A stretch of 64,000 nucleotides of DNA. Source: Minisyncoccota bacterium (lineage in GTDB: Bacteria; Patescibacteriota; Minisyncoccia; 2-02-FULL-40-12; GWA2-44-9). The notes beneath the pieces are model-generated. The model did not search any database. It was given only the letters and a program-made list of their open reading frames with translations, and had not been told where the DNA came from. Positions 28,661 to 37,462 of this stretch are shown here, piece by piece. Each line of letters starts with the position of its first letter. The first letter of the stretch is position 1. A program made the position numbers and the translations under genes. Location of the stretch: contig CP129474.1 of NCBI GenBank assembly GCA_030583765.1, positions 201,709 through 265,708 of the forward strand, read 5' to 3'.

Positions 28661-29688
28661 GGTGTGCGGAATATGATAGAAAGGGCCTGTTGTATACGCA
28701 CACGCATGGTGTGATCGCGCAACACTCGGTTGCGCCCACGAGCGGCGATGGATTGACGCTCTACAGGATGAGCGAGCCAGTACATAACCTTAGGCTGCAG
28801 ATCGGATATGTGTGTAAATGTAGCAACTTCCTGCTCAATAGCAAAAACGTCTTTAAGACCAGCGCGCTCATCGGTAAGCTCAAACCCCCCTGCGGCAGGT
28901 ATCTCAAATGTCTTCACATTCACCCCGTGCGTTTCAGGGAGCAAATTCATATTGATACAAATCGCTGATCGCCGATATATCTCTGCGGCTTCCTCCGGAG
29001 TCACCGAGCCGCGATAAAACCTAGCAAGTGGCGTTGCGCGCCACCCTGACCACCCGAAAAGTCCAAGACGTATGTGCGGCAACGTAGTAAGAGTCATGAG
29101 AGCCTCCTGACGCTCGGGATATGGGGCGCCAATAAAACACACGTCGAATTCGGGCGCCGCGGGCATGGATCCATGGAATCTTTCAGGCACAAGCGCAAAG
29201 GGCAATACAAAGAAGCGATCTCGCCGTTCTTCCGGCATATACGTCACCGCGCTTGCATCAAATGAAAAAAATGTATCATACAATCCGGCAACCGAACGCA
29301 TCCATGATGCATAGGGTTCGTGGGCGACATTTTCCGGGCACCAGTGAGCTACGCGTACTCCGCGATCTTGTGCATAGCGTATAGTGTCTGGCTTTACTAA
29401 CAAACTCTTGTGCACAAAGAGAGCATCCGGCCGCCAAACGTCTATATGCTGCCGTATCATTGCGGCAAGGCGCTGGTTACTTATGCGGCGCAGCATGTGT
29501 ATGCGCCGAGTAGCGCGCCACACCCACCCACTCTGCAATAAGCTCCATGCAGGGAAAAGCCAGTTGAAGCGGTCATCGACCCAGCGCACATCGCAATCAT
29601 TCTCACGGAAGCCCTGCATCATCTGTTCCGTGAATGAGCCTCGTGGCGCGATAAGAAGAATGCGTTTTTTCGTCATAAGCCGACACAA
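28657..29688 (-). CDS. Putative glycosyltransferase, CgeB/DUF3880-like GT-B
   Basis: The C-terminal region (GLFGWSGW...INMNLLPETHGVNVKTFEIPAAGGFELTDE) resembles the CgeB-family glycosyltransferase C-terminus. Confidence 0.45.
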   Translation of the reverse strand: MCRLMTKKRILLIAPRGSFTEQMMQGFRENDCDVRWVDDRFNWLFPAWSLLQSGWVWRATRRIHMLRRISNQRLAAMIRQHIDVWRPDALFVHKSLLVKPDTIRYAQDRGVRVAHWCPENVAHEPYASWMRSVAGLYDTFFSFDASAVTYMPEERRDRFFVLPFALVPERFHGSMPAAPEFDVCFIGAPYPERQEALMTLTTLPHIRLGLFGWSGWRATPLARFYRGSVTPEEAAEIYRRSAICINMNLLPETHGVNVKTFEIPAAGGFELTDERAGLKDVFAIEQEVATFTHISDLQPKVMYWLAHPVERQSIAARGRNRVLRDHTMRVRIQQALSIIFRTP

Positions 29689-30716
29689 GTAAGAATGCGG
29701 GCGGTAACACCAAGTACCGAATGCCGCTCTCGCACACGACGCATCAAATAATCACGCATTTCTTCTCGCTCTGATGCACTGAGCACGAGTATCTGTTTGA
29801 TACGCTCCGCTACAGCGTGCTGTGGCAGAGATTCATCAAGTAAAAGAAGGTGTGCGTATGGCCCAAAATCATCGTGAAATATGTGGTTGGTTGTAATCGG
29901 AAGAACGCCATACGCCATCGCTTCCAGAACGGCCTTATCAAGCCCTCCCCGTGGCGCTAAATTCACCGCGATATCAGCCCATGCATAGTGTGCTGCGATC
30001 TCATTATGTGGCACCGAGCCTGCCCACTCGATATGAGCGGCGTGTTGTGCACGAGCATGAATGCTTCTAGCGTATTGCTCATCGCTCGGCATCATTGGAG
30101 AACCGACAACACGCAAGGTATGCGAAATACCTTCACGCATAAGCTGCAAGGACGCCTCAATAATTCGGTTAATGCGTTTTAAGGGCGTAATGCGAGCTAC
30201 GCTGATGATGTGAAGCCCCTCGTGCTCGTCTCGCGCCCGAGGGACATCGGGGATAGAAATACCGTGCCCAACGCTCACAATCTTTGAAGATGTGATGCGG
30301 AGACTGCGCGCATCGGCAGTAATTAAAGCATCGCTCAAGAAAAGAGCGAGGCGGAGACGAGTAGTAACCGACCGGTGTAAGTACCAAAGGAGTAGTTTTG
30401 TTTTCGAAAAAAGTGTCCACGGCCATGCGGTGATAGCGAAAATGGGCGACATGTGAGCCAGCACAGCGCGTGAACCGGGGATCAGCCGCGCAGTGAGTAT
30501 GAGATAGCGAAAAATCTGAACCAATTTAGACACACCCCGCTCTTTTCCAAGTGAATAGACGGATACATTGGATGGTAGTGAATAAGCGCCCTTTGCAAGC
30601 GTTATCACATCAACATGATCAACGCGATGCGCCAAAGCGCGGATCCACGCCACAAAAAATCCAAGCACATCACTACGCTCATCAACGCTCTGGGTTATGA
30701 TGACGATGCGCTTCAT
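29673..30716 (-). CDS. GT4 glycosyltransferase
   Basis: GT-B protein. C-terminus ...NLAPRGGLDKAVLEAMAYGVLPITTN is typical of GT1/GT4. Confidence 0.7.
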   Translation of the reverse strand: MKRIVIITQSVDERSDVLGFFVAWIRALAHRVDHVDVITLAKGAYSLPSNVSVYSLGKERGVSKLVQIFRYLILTARLIPGSRAVLAHMSPIFAITAWPWTLFSKTKLLLWYLHRSVTTRLRLALFLSDALITADARSLRITSSKIVSVGHGISIPDVPRARDEHEGLHIISVARITPLKRINRIIEASLQLMREGISHTLRVVGSPMMPSDEQYARSIHARAQHAAHIEWAGSVPHNEIAAHYAWADIAVNLAPRGGLDKAVLEAMAYGVLPITTNHIFHDDFGPYAHLLLLDESLPQHAVAERIKQILVLSASEREEMRDYLMRRVRERHSVLGVTARILTCVGL

Positions 30717-31825
30717 AGCTGAAAAATATTCTGGATGGCACGGGCAGAGGCGCTTATAACCTGTTCACGAGCATACCTTTCACGAATGTCGTGAGATCCT
30801 TTCTCTGCCCGAATCTGCCACGAAGGATCTTCGAGCACATCTCGCATCCCCTGCACAATATCGTCTAGCGACCAATGCACGATACGTACTGCTGCGCCCT
30901 CTTGTCCAAGGTCTTGGATAACCCCCACGGGAGTTGCGATCACTGGAATACCGCACGCGAGCGCCTCTACGGCAACGCGCGGACCCCCTTCACTGTCTGA
31001 CAACATCACCAAAGCCCGAGCTTCTCTTATTGCTTGTAATACCTCGGCCGCTGAATCGACCCACCCACTCCACGTTATACGGCTGCTCACTCCCTGTTGG
31101 CGTGCGTATTGCTGCGCCCAGTCCAAGAGAGATCCTGTACCAATAACACGCATCGTTGCGTGCTCAAGACGCGCAAGCGCCTCTATGGCACGCTGAATGC
31201 CTTTATTACGCTCTATACGCCCTACAAAAATAAAGTCGTGTGTCACGGGCATTTGAGGGGGCTCCTGCATCGTGGGGAGAAAGAGAGCGGGAATGAGATG
31301 GAGCTTCTCGCGAGCTACACCCCACGCTAAAAGACGCTTCCCCGTTTCACTCATATTCATCACACGAACGCCCGAAGCAATGCGCGCTTCGACGGGCACT
31401 ATAATCCGCGAGAGATACCGGTAGACCACCTCACGGAATGAGCCGGCCCGAGGGACTCCTGGAATATGAAAAATCTCGAGAAGCGCGGGAATACCCAAAC
31501 GTCTTGCAAGGAAAAGCCCCCCTATTCCATTGTAAAATGGTGGGTATTCATGGATGGTCATACCTCCGTATGTGCGCTCGCGCCCAAGGCGCATCCCCGT
31601 GCGAAAGATATGTAGCCACTGCATCAGGAGAGGAAGGCGGGATGCATGCACATATACATTAGGGAATGGATTCTGTCGTACCATACACCCTCGCGCTACT
31701 CGAGGCACAATAATATCAATACGGTCCCAGTGCTTATGGAACTCTGTGAGCATGTGAAAAAATGCTCCGTCCATACCCGCAGCAAGCATACGATCACCGC
31801 TCACCATGAGAAGTGTTTTATTCAT
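30713..31825 (-). CDS. GT4 glycosyltransferase
   Basis: MLSDSEGGPRVAVEALACGIPVIATPVG motif. Start chosen at MNKTLL (31825), which gives an ATGA 4-bp overlap with the upstream gene. Confidence 0.7.
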   Translation of the reverse strand: MNKTLLMVSGDRMLAAGMDGAFFHMLTEFHKHWDRIDIIVPRVARGCMVRQNPFPNVYVHASRLPLLMQWLHIFRTGMRLGRERTYGGMTIHEYPPFYNGIGGLFLARRLGIPALLEIFHIPGVPRAGSFREVVYRYLSRIIVPVEARIASGVRVMNMSETGKRLLAWGVAREKLHLIPALFLPTMQEPPQMPVTHDFIFVGRIERNKGIQRAIEALARLEHATMRVIGTGSLLDWAQQYARQQGVSSRITWSGWVDSAAEVLQAIREARALVMLSDSEGGPRVAVEALACGIPVIATPVGVIQDLGQEGAAVRIVHWSLDDIVQGMRDVLEDPSWQIRAEKGSHDIRERYAREQVISASARAIQNIFQL

Positions 31826-32979
31826 AGGTGTAGCGCCTTTATCCATGCCTCACGCATACGCGCCTCATCATACAAGCGAGCCGTTGCCTTTCCCGCCTCA
31901 CTCATGTGTGCGCGAAGCTCTGGCATATCCCATAGCGCACGAATGGCTTCGCGGAGATTGAATTCATCATTGTACTTTACCATCAAACCATTCTCTCCCT
32001 GCGAGATAATTTCGCGATTGCCGCCGGCCGTGGTCGTAATCACAGGAACGCCCGCAGCCATCGCCTCAATGATCTGATGCGAGAATCCTTCATATCCTGT
32101 GTTAAGCACGAAGAGATCTGCCGCAGCGAGATACGTCGGGAGCTCTTCATGGGACTTCGCTCCGACAATAAACACCTTCTTCTCCAAACCAAGATTTCTA
32201 GCCATGGTACGAAGTACATCGCGCTCAGGACCATCACCCACGATCACTAATCTGAAAAACTGATTAAGCTCGAGAAGTTGCGGCATGATTTTGATGAGCA
32301 TGCGAAATCCCTTCCAAGGAACTAACCGGCCGACCGAAACAATAAGTGTCCCCGGGATACCGATTCGCGTACGTGCATCTTGCTGCGAGATCTCTGATGG
32401 TGAAAATGTTACAGCGTTGGGCACAATCACGATACGCTCGGAATCGTACCCCCATCCCTGCACAATAGATTGTAGGTATTGAGATGGCACAACCACCTGA
32501 GCACTACGACGCACAACCCACCGCTGTATGCGGCGAAGCATACCCGCCCAACCACCTATCTGCACACCCTGAAAATCATCAATGAGAAGATGCGTGTGGC
32601 GCTTTTGTATTGCATATTCCCATGCATAGTCTCCAGCAATACGCACCGTTACTGGAATGCGCCGCAACATGCCCGCTATATGTGCGGCAATTCCAGGCGT
32701 TTTTCCCGAAAGCGCCAAGAGGTGGGTCGCTCCTGCACTTACCCACCACACCCGAAGCGCGTAGAGGATATGGCGCACCATCCAAGGCCACCAGCGCGAT
32801 ACACGATACACCTCAATACCCTGCTCCTGCTGACCCCGCCCAAATGCCACCACGCGCACGCGTACCCCACGCTCATGAAACGCACGCGCTACCGCATGCG
32901 CAACGGTTGCTGGGCCACCTATATCAGGGGGATAAATGCCAGTTGCGATAACAAGAAGTGGTTTCTGTTCGTTACTCAT
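31822..32979 (-). CDS. GT4 glycosyltransferase
   Basis: N-terminus LLVIATGIYPPDIGGPATVAH. C-terminus YEGFSHQIIEAMAAGVPVITTTAGGNREII. Start at MSNEQ (32979). Confidence 0.75.
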   Translation of the reverse strand: MSNEQKPLLVIATGIYPPDIGGPATVAHAVARAFHERGVRVRVVAFGRGQQEQGIEVYRVSRWWPWMVRHILYALRVWWVSAGATHLLALSGKTPGIAAHIAGMLRRIPVTVRIAGDYAWEYAIQKRHTHLLIDDFQGVQIGGWAGMLRRIQRWVVRRSAQVVVPSQYLQSIVQGWGYDSERIVIVPNAVTFSPSEISQQDARTRIGIPGTLIVSVGRLVPWKGFRMLIKIMPQLLELNQFFRLVIVGDGPERDVLRTMARNLGLEKKVFIVGAKSHEELPTYLAAADLFVLNTGYEGFSHQIIEAMAAGVPVITTTAGGNREIISQGENGLMVKYNDEFNLREAIRALWDMPELRAHMSEAGKATARLYDEARMREAWIKALHL

Positions 32980-33677
32980 GAAAAAAATGACGCACGAATG
33001 ATGTGCCATATTGCCGCGACACCGTCGGCCCATTGAATTTTCTTTCCTTCTGCATACGTGCGACCTCGATACGAAATCCCCACCTCATATATACGGAGTT
33101 TTTGCTGAGCTACCCGTGCTGTAATCTCCGGCTCAATGCCAAAACGAGCCGCGCTGAGATGTGGCAGAATGCGCATGAGTGCATCGCGCGTAAAGACTTT
33201 GTATCCCGTTTCCATATCAGAAAGATTGAGCCCCGTGCACATATTTGAGAGAAATGTGAGGAAGACGTTTGCAACATAGTGAGAGAAGTAGAGCGCACGA
33301 CGCGGGAATGCAGAAATAAATCTCGAGCCGTAGACCACATCTGCATCGCCAGCAAGAATGGGCTCAAGAAGGAGCGGGTACTCTTTGGGACTATATTCTA
33401 AATCTGCATCCTGAATGAGAATGACGTCTCCAGAAGCTTTTGCAAAACCAGTGCGGACCGCGGAGCCCTTCCCCAGATTCTGCGCGTGGCGCACCGTAAC
33501 CCATCCCGGACGCACATGATGTGCAATGACCCGAGCGGTGTCATCAGTTGACGCATCGTCAACAATCACAAGCTCCTTCTCCCATTCCGGCAGGACAACT
33601 GCATCAATGGCCGCAAAAAGCTTCGGCAATGTGGCGGCCTCATTAAATACGGGAATAATAATGGAGAGCTTTTTCAT
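32976..33677 (-). CDS. GT2 polyprenol-monophosphate hexose synthase (Dpm1/GtrB-like dolichol-/undecaprenyl-phosphate mannosyl- or glucosyltransferase)
   Basis: MKKLSIIIPVFNEAATLP...VIVDDASTDDTARV...ILIQDADLEYSP is the canonical Dpm1-like GT2 catalytic core. It is short and soluble, as Dpm1-type synthases are. Confidence 0.75.
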   Translation of the reverse strand: MKKLSIIIPVFNEAATLPKLFAAIDAVVLPEWEKELVIVDDASTDDTARVIAHHVRPGWVTVRHAQNLGKGSAVRTGFAKASGDVILIQDADLEYSPKEYPLLLEPILAGDADVVYGSRFISAFPRRALYFSHYVANVFLTFLSNMCTGLNLSDMETGYKVFTRDALMRILPHLSAARFGIEPEITARVAQQKLRIYEVGISYRGRTYAEGKKIQWADGVAAIWHIIRASFFS

Positions 33678-34795
33678 GCCAAAGTATCGTACACTGCAGC
33701 CATGCGCGGGGCAATAAGGCTCCAAAGATACTCTTGAGAGACCATGCGTTGTGCTGCAGACACAACAGCATCTCGCTCAGCGCCCGATTGCGCCGCACGC
33801 ACCAGAGCGCGCGCCACAGAGGGGATATCATCGGGATCACATACGAAGCCTGTCACGCCATCGTGCACAAAGTCGCGTAGCCCCCCACGTCGCGAGGCAA
33901 CGACAGGCACGCCCGCAGCCATCGCTTCAAGAAACGCGATGCCCTGTCCTTCAGATCGAGAAGGCCGCGCGTAAACATCTGCGGCCCCTAGTTCCTGGAG
34001 CACGTCACGGTGGCTCACGGGCCCGCGCCAGACGATGCGATCATGAAGGCCGAGACTTTTTGCCAACGTTTTCAGCGCGTGGGCATCCTCTCCAGTCCCG
34101 GCCAAAACAAGACGCCACGGAAAGGAAAGTGTTGCACACGCACGAATGAGAGCATCGATGCCATTCTTTGCGACAAGACGACTTGCGGAATATATGCACA
34201 CTTCATCAGCACGCACTCCCCACGACTCACGCAATTGAGCTCGCTCTTGAGCAGAGCACGTGGGCGCTGCGTCGACTCCATTAGGAATCAACACGACCTT
34301 TGCATCATGGCGCACGTGGCGTGCATAGGTCGCAAGAGGAGAGCTAATTGCCGTCACCACATCTGCATATCGTACCGCAAGCCATCGGCCAGCCCGGACA
34401 AGAAAAGATTGCCGGCGAAAATCGGCGCCCTCTTGGAGCGTGAGGACAAGTGGCGTGCCGGAAAAGAGCCGTACCACCAACGCCGCGAGAGCTGCATATG
34501 ACGCCTGGTACGCATGGAGTACCGAAGCGTGGCGCGCCTCCCAGAGACCCACAATCGCACCGAGCACCAAAAAGAGATACTTATCAAGCCACGCGATACC
34601 AAGACCGATGCGATAGATCCGCACATTGTCGTACGTTTCTCTAGCGGGAAATGTCAGCGAATGGCGCGGCGTGAGCACCACAAAAGAACGCTCAGACATA
34701 TGGCGCATAAATGCCTCGAGGGCCAATTCCGACCCGCCAATAAGGGGTCGGAAAGCAGGGGAAAAAACGAGAATATTGCTTGCTGAATGGGTCAC
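33674..34795 (-). CDS. GT4 glycosyltransferase
   Basis: SRSEGQGIAFLEAMAAGVPVVASRRGGLRDFV motif. First gene of the translationally coupled minus-strand GT operon. Confidence 0.75.
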   Translation of the reverse strand: MTHSASNILVFSPAFRPLIGGSELALEAFMRHMSERSFVVLTPRHSLTFPARETYDNVRIYRIGLGIAWLDKYLFLVLGAIVGLWEARHASVLHAYQASYAALAALVVRLFSGTPLVLTLQEGADFRRQSFLVRAGRWLAVRYADVVTAISSPLATYARHVRHDAKVVLIPNGVDAAPTCSAQERAQLRESWGVRADEVCIYSASRLVAKNGIDALIRACATLSFPWRLVLAGTGEDAHALKTLAKSLGLHDRIVWRGPVSHRDVLQELGAADVYARPSRSEGQGIAFLEAMAAGVPVVASRRGGLRDFVHDGVTGFVCDPDDIPSVARALVRAAQSGAERDAVVSAAQRMVSQEYLWSLIAPRMAAVYDTLA

Positions 34796-34842
34796 GGGTT
34801 GGTACTATCATAGCGCGCATAGCAACGTAAAACAACGCCCTT

Positions 34843-36039
34843 ATGCCCCACGAATCCTCGGCTTTAATCCGTATTCTGTGCATCATAACCCAGTCTGATA
34901 TGGGCGGAGCACAGCGTTTCATCAGCGAACTTGTGACGCATAGCGATGCACAGCGTTTCACATTCTCTGTTGCCGCAGGTCCTGATGGCAATCACGCATT
35001 GCGCAATGCGCTCCCAGAGCGCGTTGCGTATCGCCCCATTTCGTCTCTACGTCGCGCAATTGCGCCATGGCACGATCTACGTTGCATCCGAGATATCCGT
35101 GAACACATCCTCGCGGAGAAGCCTGACATCCTGTTCCTCAACAGCTCTAAGGCGGGTATTCTTGGTGCCATAGCGGCGCGCTCATGCAGAAAAGCCCTCC
35201 CTCACATGCGCATTGTGTATCGTATTGGTGGTTGGCAATTCCGAGATCCCATCCACCCGCTTCTCCAAACGACATACCGAACGCTTGAGCGTTGGTCTGC
35301 GCGCTGGAAAGACGTCATAGTCGTTAATAGTGAATCAGATCGCGACGCTGGCATCACTCACCACATCGCGCCACGAAGGGAGCTCATAGCCATTCACAAT
35401 GGCATTGATCCCTATCCAACAACGTATACGAGAGCAGAAGCCCGTGCGCACATTGCTGAAGCAATACAAATACCGATCTCGGATACCACAACTCTCATTG
35501 GCACGATTGCGAATGCGTATCCAGCAAAGGATCTGCCAACATATATTCGTGCCGCCCTCCACTTTAATCCTCAAGCGCACTGGATCATTGTCGGAGACGG
35601 ACCGGAACGCCCCGCGCTTGAACAACTCATACGCCGCTTAGATCTACAATCCCGCGTTCACATCATAGGCCAACGGCAAGATGCTAAAATGCTCATTCCC
35701 GCATTTGACGTTTTCGTGCTTGCCTCAGTGAAAGAAGGGTTTCCGTGGGCGCTCCTTGAAGCAATGGCTGCTAAAGTCCCCAGCGTTGCAACGCGTGTTG
35801 GTGGCATTCCGGAAATTATTACCGACGGCGAAGACGGCTTACTCGTTGAGCCACAAAATCCAGCAGCACTAGCGCAGCGCATACACACGCTCGTTGCAGA
35901 AGAGCGACTCGCCCACGATATTGTCATTGCCGCCCATCAGCGGATCGTCACGCGCTTTTCGCTCCAGAGCATGATCGCCGCGTACGAGCGCCTTTTTATA
36001 ACCCTTTTGCGCGAGCAATCTCCTGCGGGATCAAAATAA
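34843..36039 (+). CDS. GT4 glycosyltransferase
   Basis: N-terminus IRILCIITQSDMGGAQRF. C-terminus SVKEGFPWALLEAMAAKVPSVATRVGGIPEII. Confidence 0.75.
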   Translation: MPHESSALIRILCIITQSDMGGAQRFISELVTHSDAQRFTFSVAAGPDGNHALRNALPERVAYRPISSLRRAIAPWHDLRCIRDIREHILAEKPDILFLNSSKAGILGAIAARSCRKALPHMRIVYRIGGWQFRDPIHPLLQTTYRTLERWSARWKDVIVVNSESDRDAGITHHIAPRRELIAIHNGIDPYPTTYTRAEARAHIAEAIQIPISDTTTLIGTIANAYPAKDLPTYIRAALHFNPQAHWIIVGDGPERPALEQLIRRLDLQSRVHIIGQRQDAKMLIPAFDVFVLASVKEGFPWALLEAMAAKVPSVATRVGGIPEIITDGEDGLLVEPQNPAALAQRIHTLVAEERLAHDIVIAAHQRIVTRFSLQSMIAAYERLFITLLREQSPAGSK

Positions 36040-37462
36040 GCGTAGAGCTGTCACGAAATACTTCCTTCCAGCGCGTGTCGCTCGCCATGCGCTCTAAAAA
36101 TGTACGAGACCAAGGAGTGAGATCCCTGTGCGACCACACAATCATTTGGATATTCCAGCGAGCACGCTCCTCCTCCCACACCGCAGCATTTTCTTGCATG
36201 GGGATATACACTGACGACGCAAAGTCGGAAGGATATGCCTCTGGCCGCCCATCTACAAATACTTTTTCTTCAGGAAGCTTCCAAATTAAAAAGCTACCAA
36301 TATCAAAATTATTAAACAGAGGGCCCTTTAATTCATGAGCCCGAATAAAATCAACTGCCGCCTGCGCACCAACGGGCACATGCACACCGAATTGTTGCGG
36401 TAGACGGGCAAGCGGGAAGAACTGCCCACTGATAACGCTGATGCCTATAAGTATAATGAGCACTCCGGAAATCCAAAAGCCTTGGCGCAGCCGCACGGGA
36501 TGCTGTTGGGCAAGTGCTCCAAGCGCCGCAATCCCCGCGAGCCCAAAAATGGCATAGTTTCGGATCATGATCTGCGCGAATATAAACGTTATCACCGCTA
36601 AGGCTACTGGCCCCACAACATGGCGCACCCGACTGCCGGCAATAAGACTATAGATACATACGCAACTGGCAAGCACAAACAGCATCACCGTAGTAATCAT
36701 CGGATACCCCCACGCTAAAAGAAAGAACGGGCCCTTATTCTCAAGCACTGAGTAGCCATATCCGGACATGATCTGTAGCGGATAGAGAGCGCCAGAAAGC
36801 CCCCACGGATTTACCAGCAGAGCAAGCGCCAGCGCGATACCAAGAGGCAACCACTGGCGAACAGACTCACGCCACAAAGGAAAAGCACGCACCACATCAC
36901 CCATCACGATACAGAGATATATAAGGGGACCCATAAAGAATGTGATGTGTGTATTCACCCATACCGCCTGCACCAAGGGGAGCGTCCAGCGCAATGAACT
37001 CCGCGGATAACGCAGGAGCACAAACAAGAACCACCCCATAAAGAGGTAGCTAAATATCTCAGGCCGAACATCGGTTCGCTCTAACATAACCCCCCATGCC
37101 ACAAGGCCTGCGAAGCCCATGAGATACGCTCCGTCTCGTCGCCAGGCACTTGCTAATGCCAGCATAAAAGCAGTGGCCAGAATCAGGGCTTTTATGGGAA
37201 TGAGCCCCGGAACGCCGTTAATGCCCGAAAGCCAATATAAAAACACCTCACCCAGCCAGTGGTGATTAAGGAATGGCTGGTCGGGATGCGTGAAGGAAAA
37301 AAGGTTCGTCGCGGGAACCGAGCGAGTTGAAGTAATAATCTCTCCAAGACGAAGATGTCGCCCGATATCTTGATTGATCGAGGTGAGTGTATGAATGCTC
37401 GAGAGCGCCATGAGCGCCCCAAGTAAAAGAATCAATATGCTATAGCGAAGCTTTGACATCAT
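35996..37462 (-). CDS. Polytopic integral membrane protein, uncharacterized family (paralog A1 of 41602..43371); candidate membrane glycosyltransferase
   Basis: About 12 predicted TM helices plus a C-terminal soluble segment. It shares motifs with the gene at 41602..43371 (GRHLRLGE/FHLRIGE, NHHWL/NHEWL, VWVNTH/FWANTH). Confidence 0.45.
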   Translation of the reverse strand: MMSKLRYSILILLLGALMALSSIHTLTSINQDIGRHLRLGEIITSTRSVPATNLFSFTHPDQPFLNHHWLGEVFLYWLSGINGVPGLIPIKALILATAFMLALASAWRRDGAYLMGFAGLVAWGVMLERTDVRPEIFSYLFMGWFLFVLLRYPRSSLRWTLPLVQAVWVNTHITFFMGPLIYLCIVMGDVVRAFPLWRESVRQWLPLGIALALALLVNPWGLSGALYPLQIMSGYGYSVLENKGPFFLLAWGYPMITTVMLFVLASCVCIYSLIAGSRVRHVVGPVALAVITFIFAQIMIRNYAIFGLAGIAALGALAQQHPVRLRQGFWISGVLIILIGISVISGQFFPLARLPQQFGVHVPVGAQAAVDFIRAHELKGPLFNNFDIGSFLIWKLPEEKVFVDGRPEAYPSDFASSVYIPMQENAAVWEEERARWNIQMIVWSHRDLTPWSRTFLERMASDTRWKEVFRDSSTLILIPQEIARAKGL

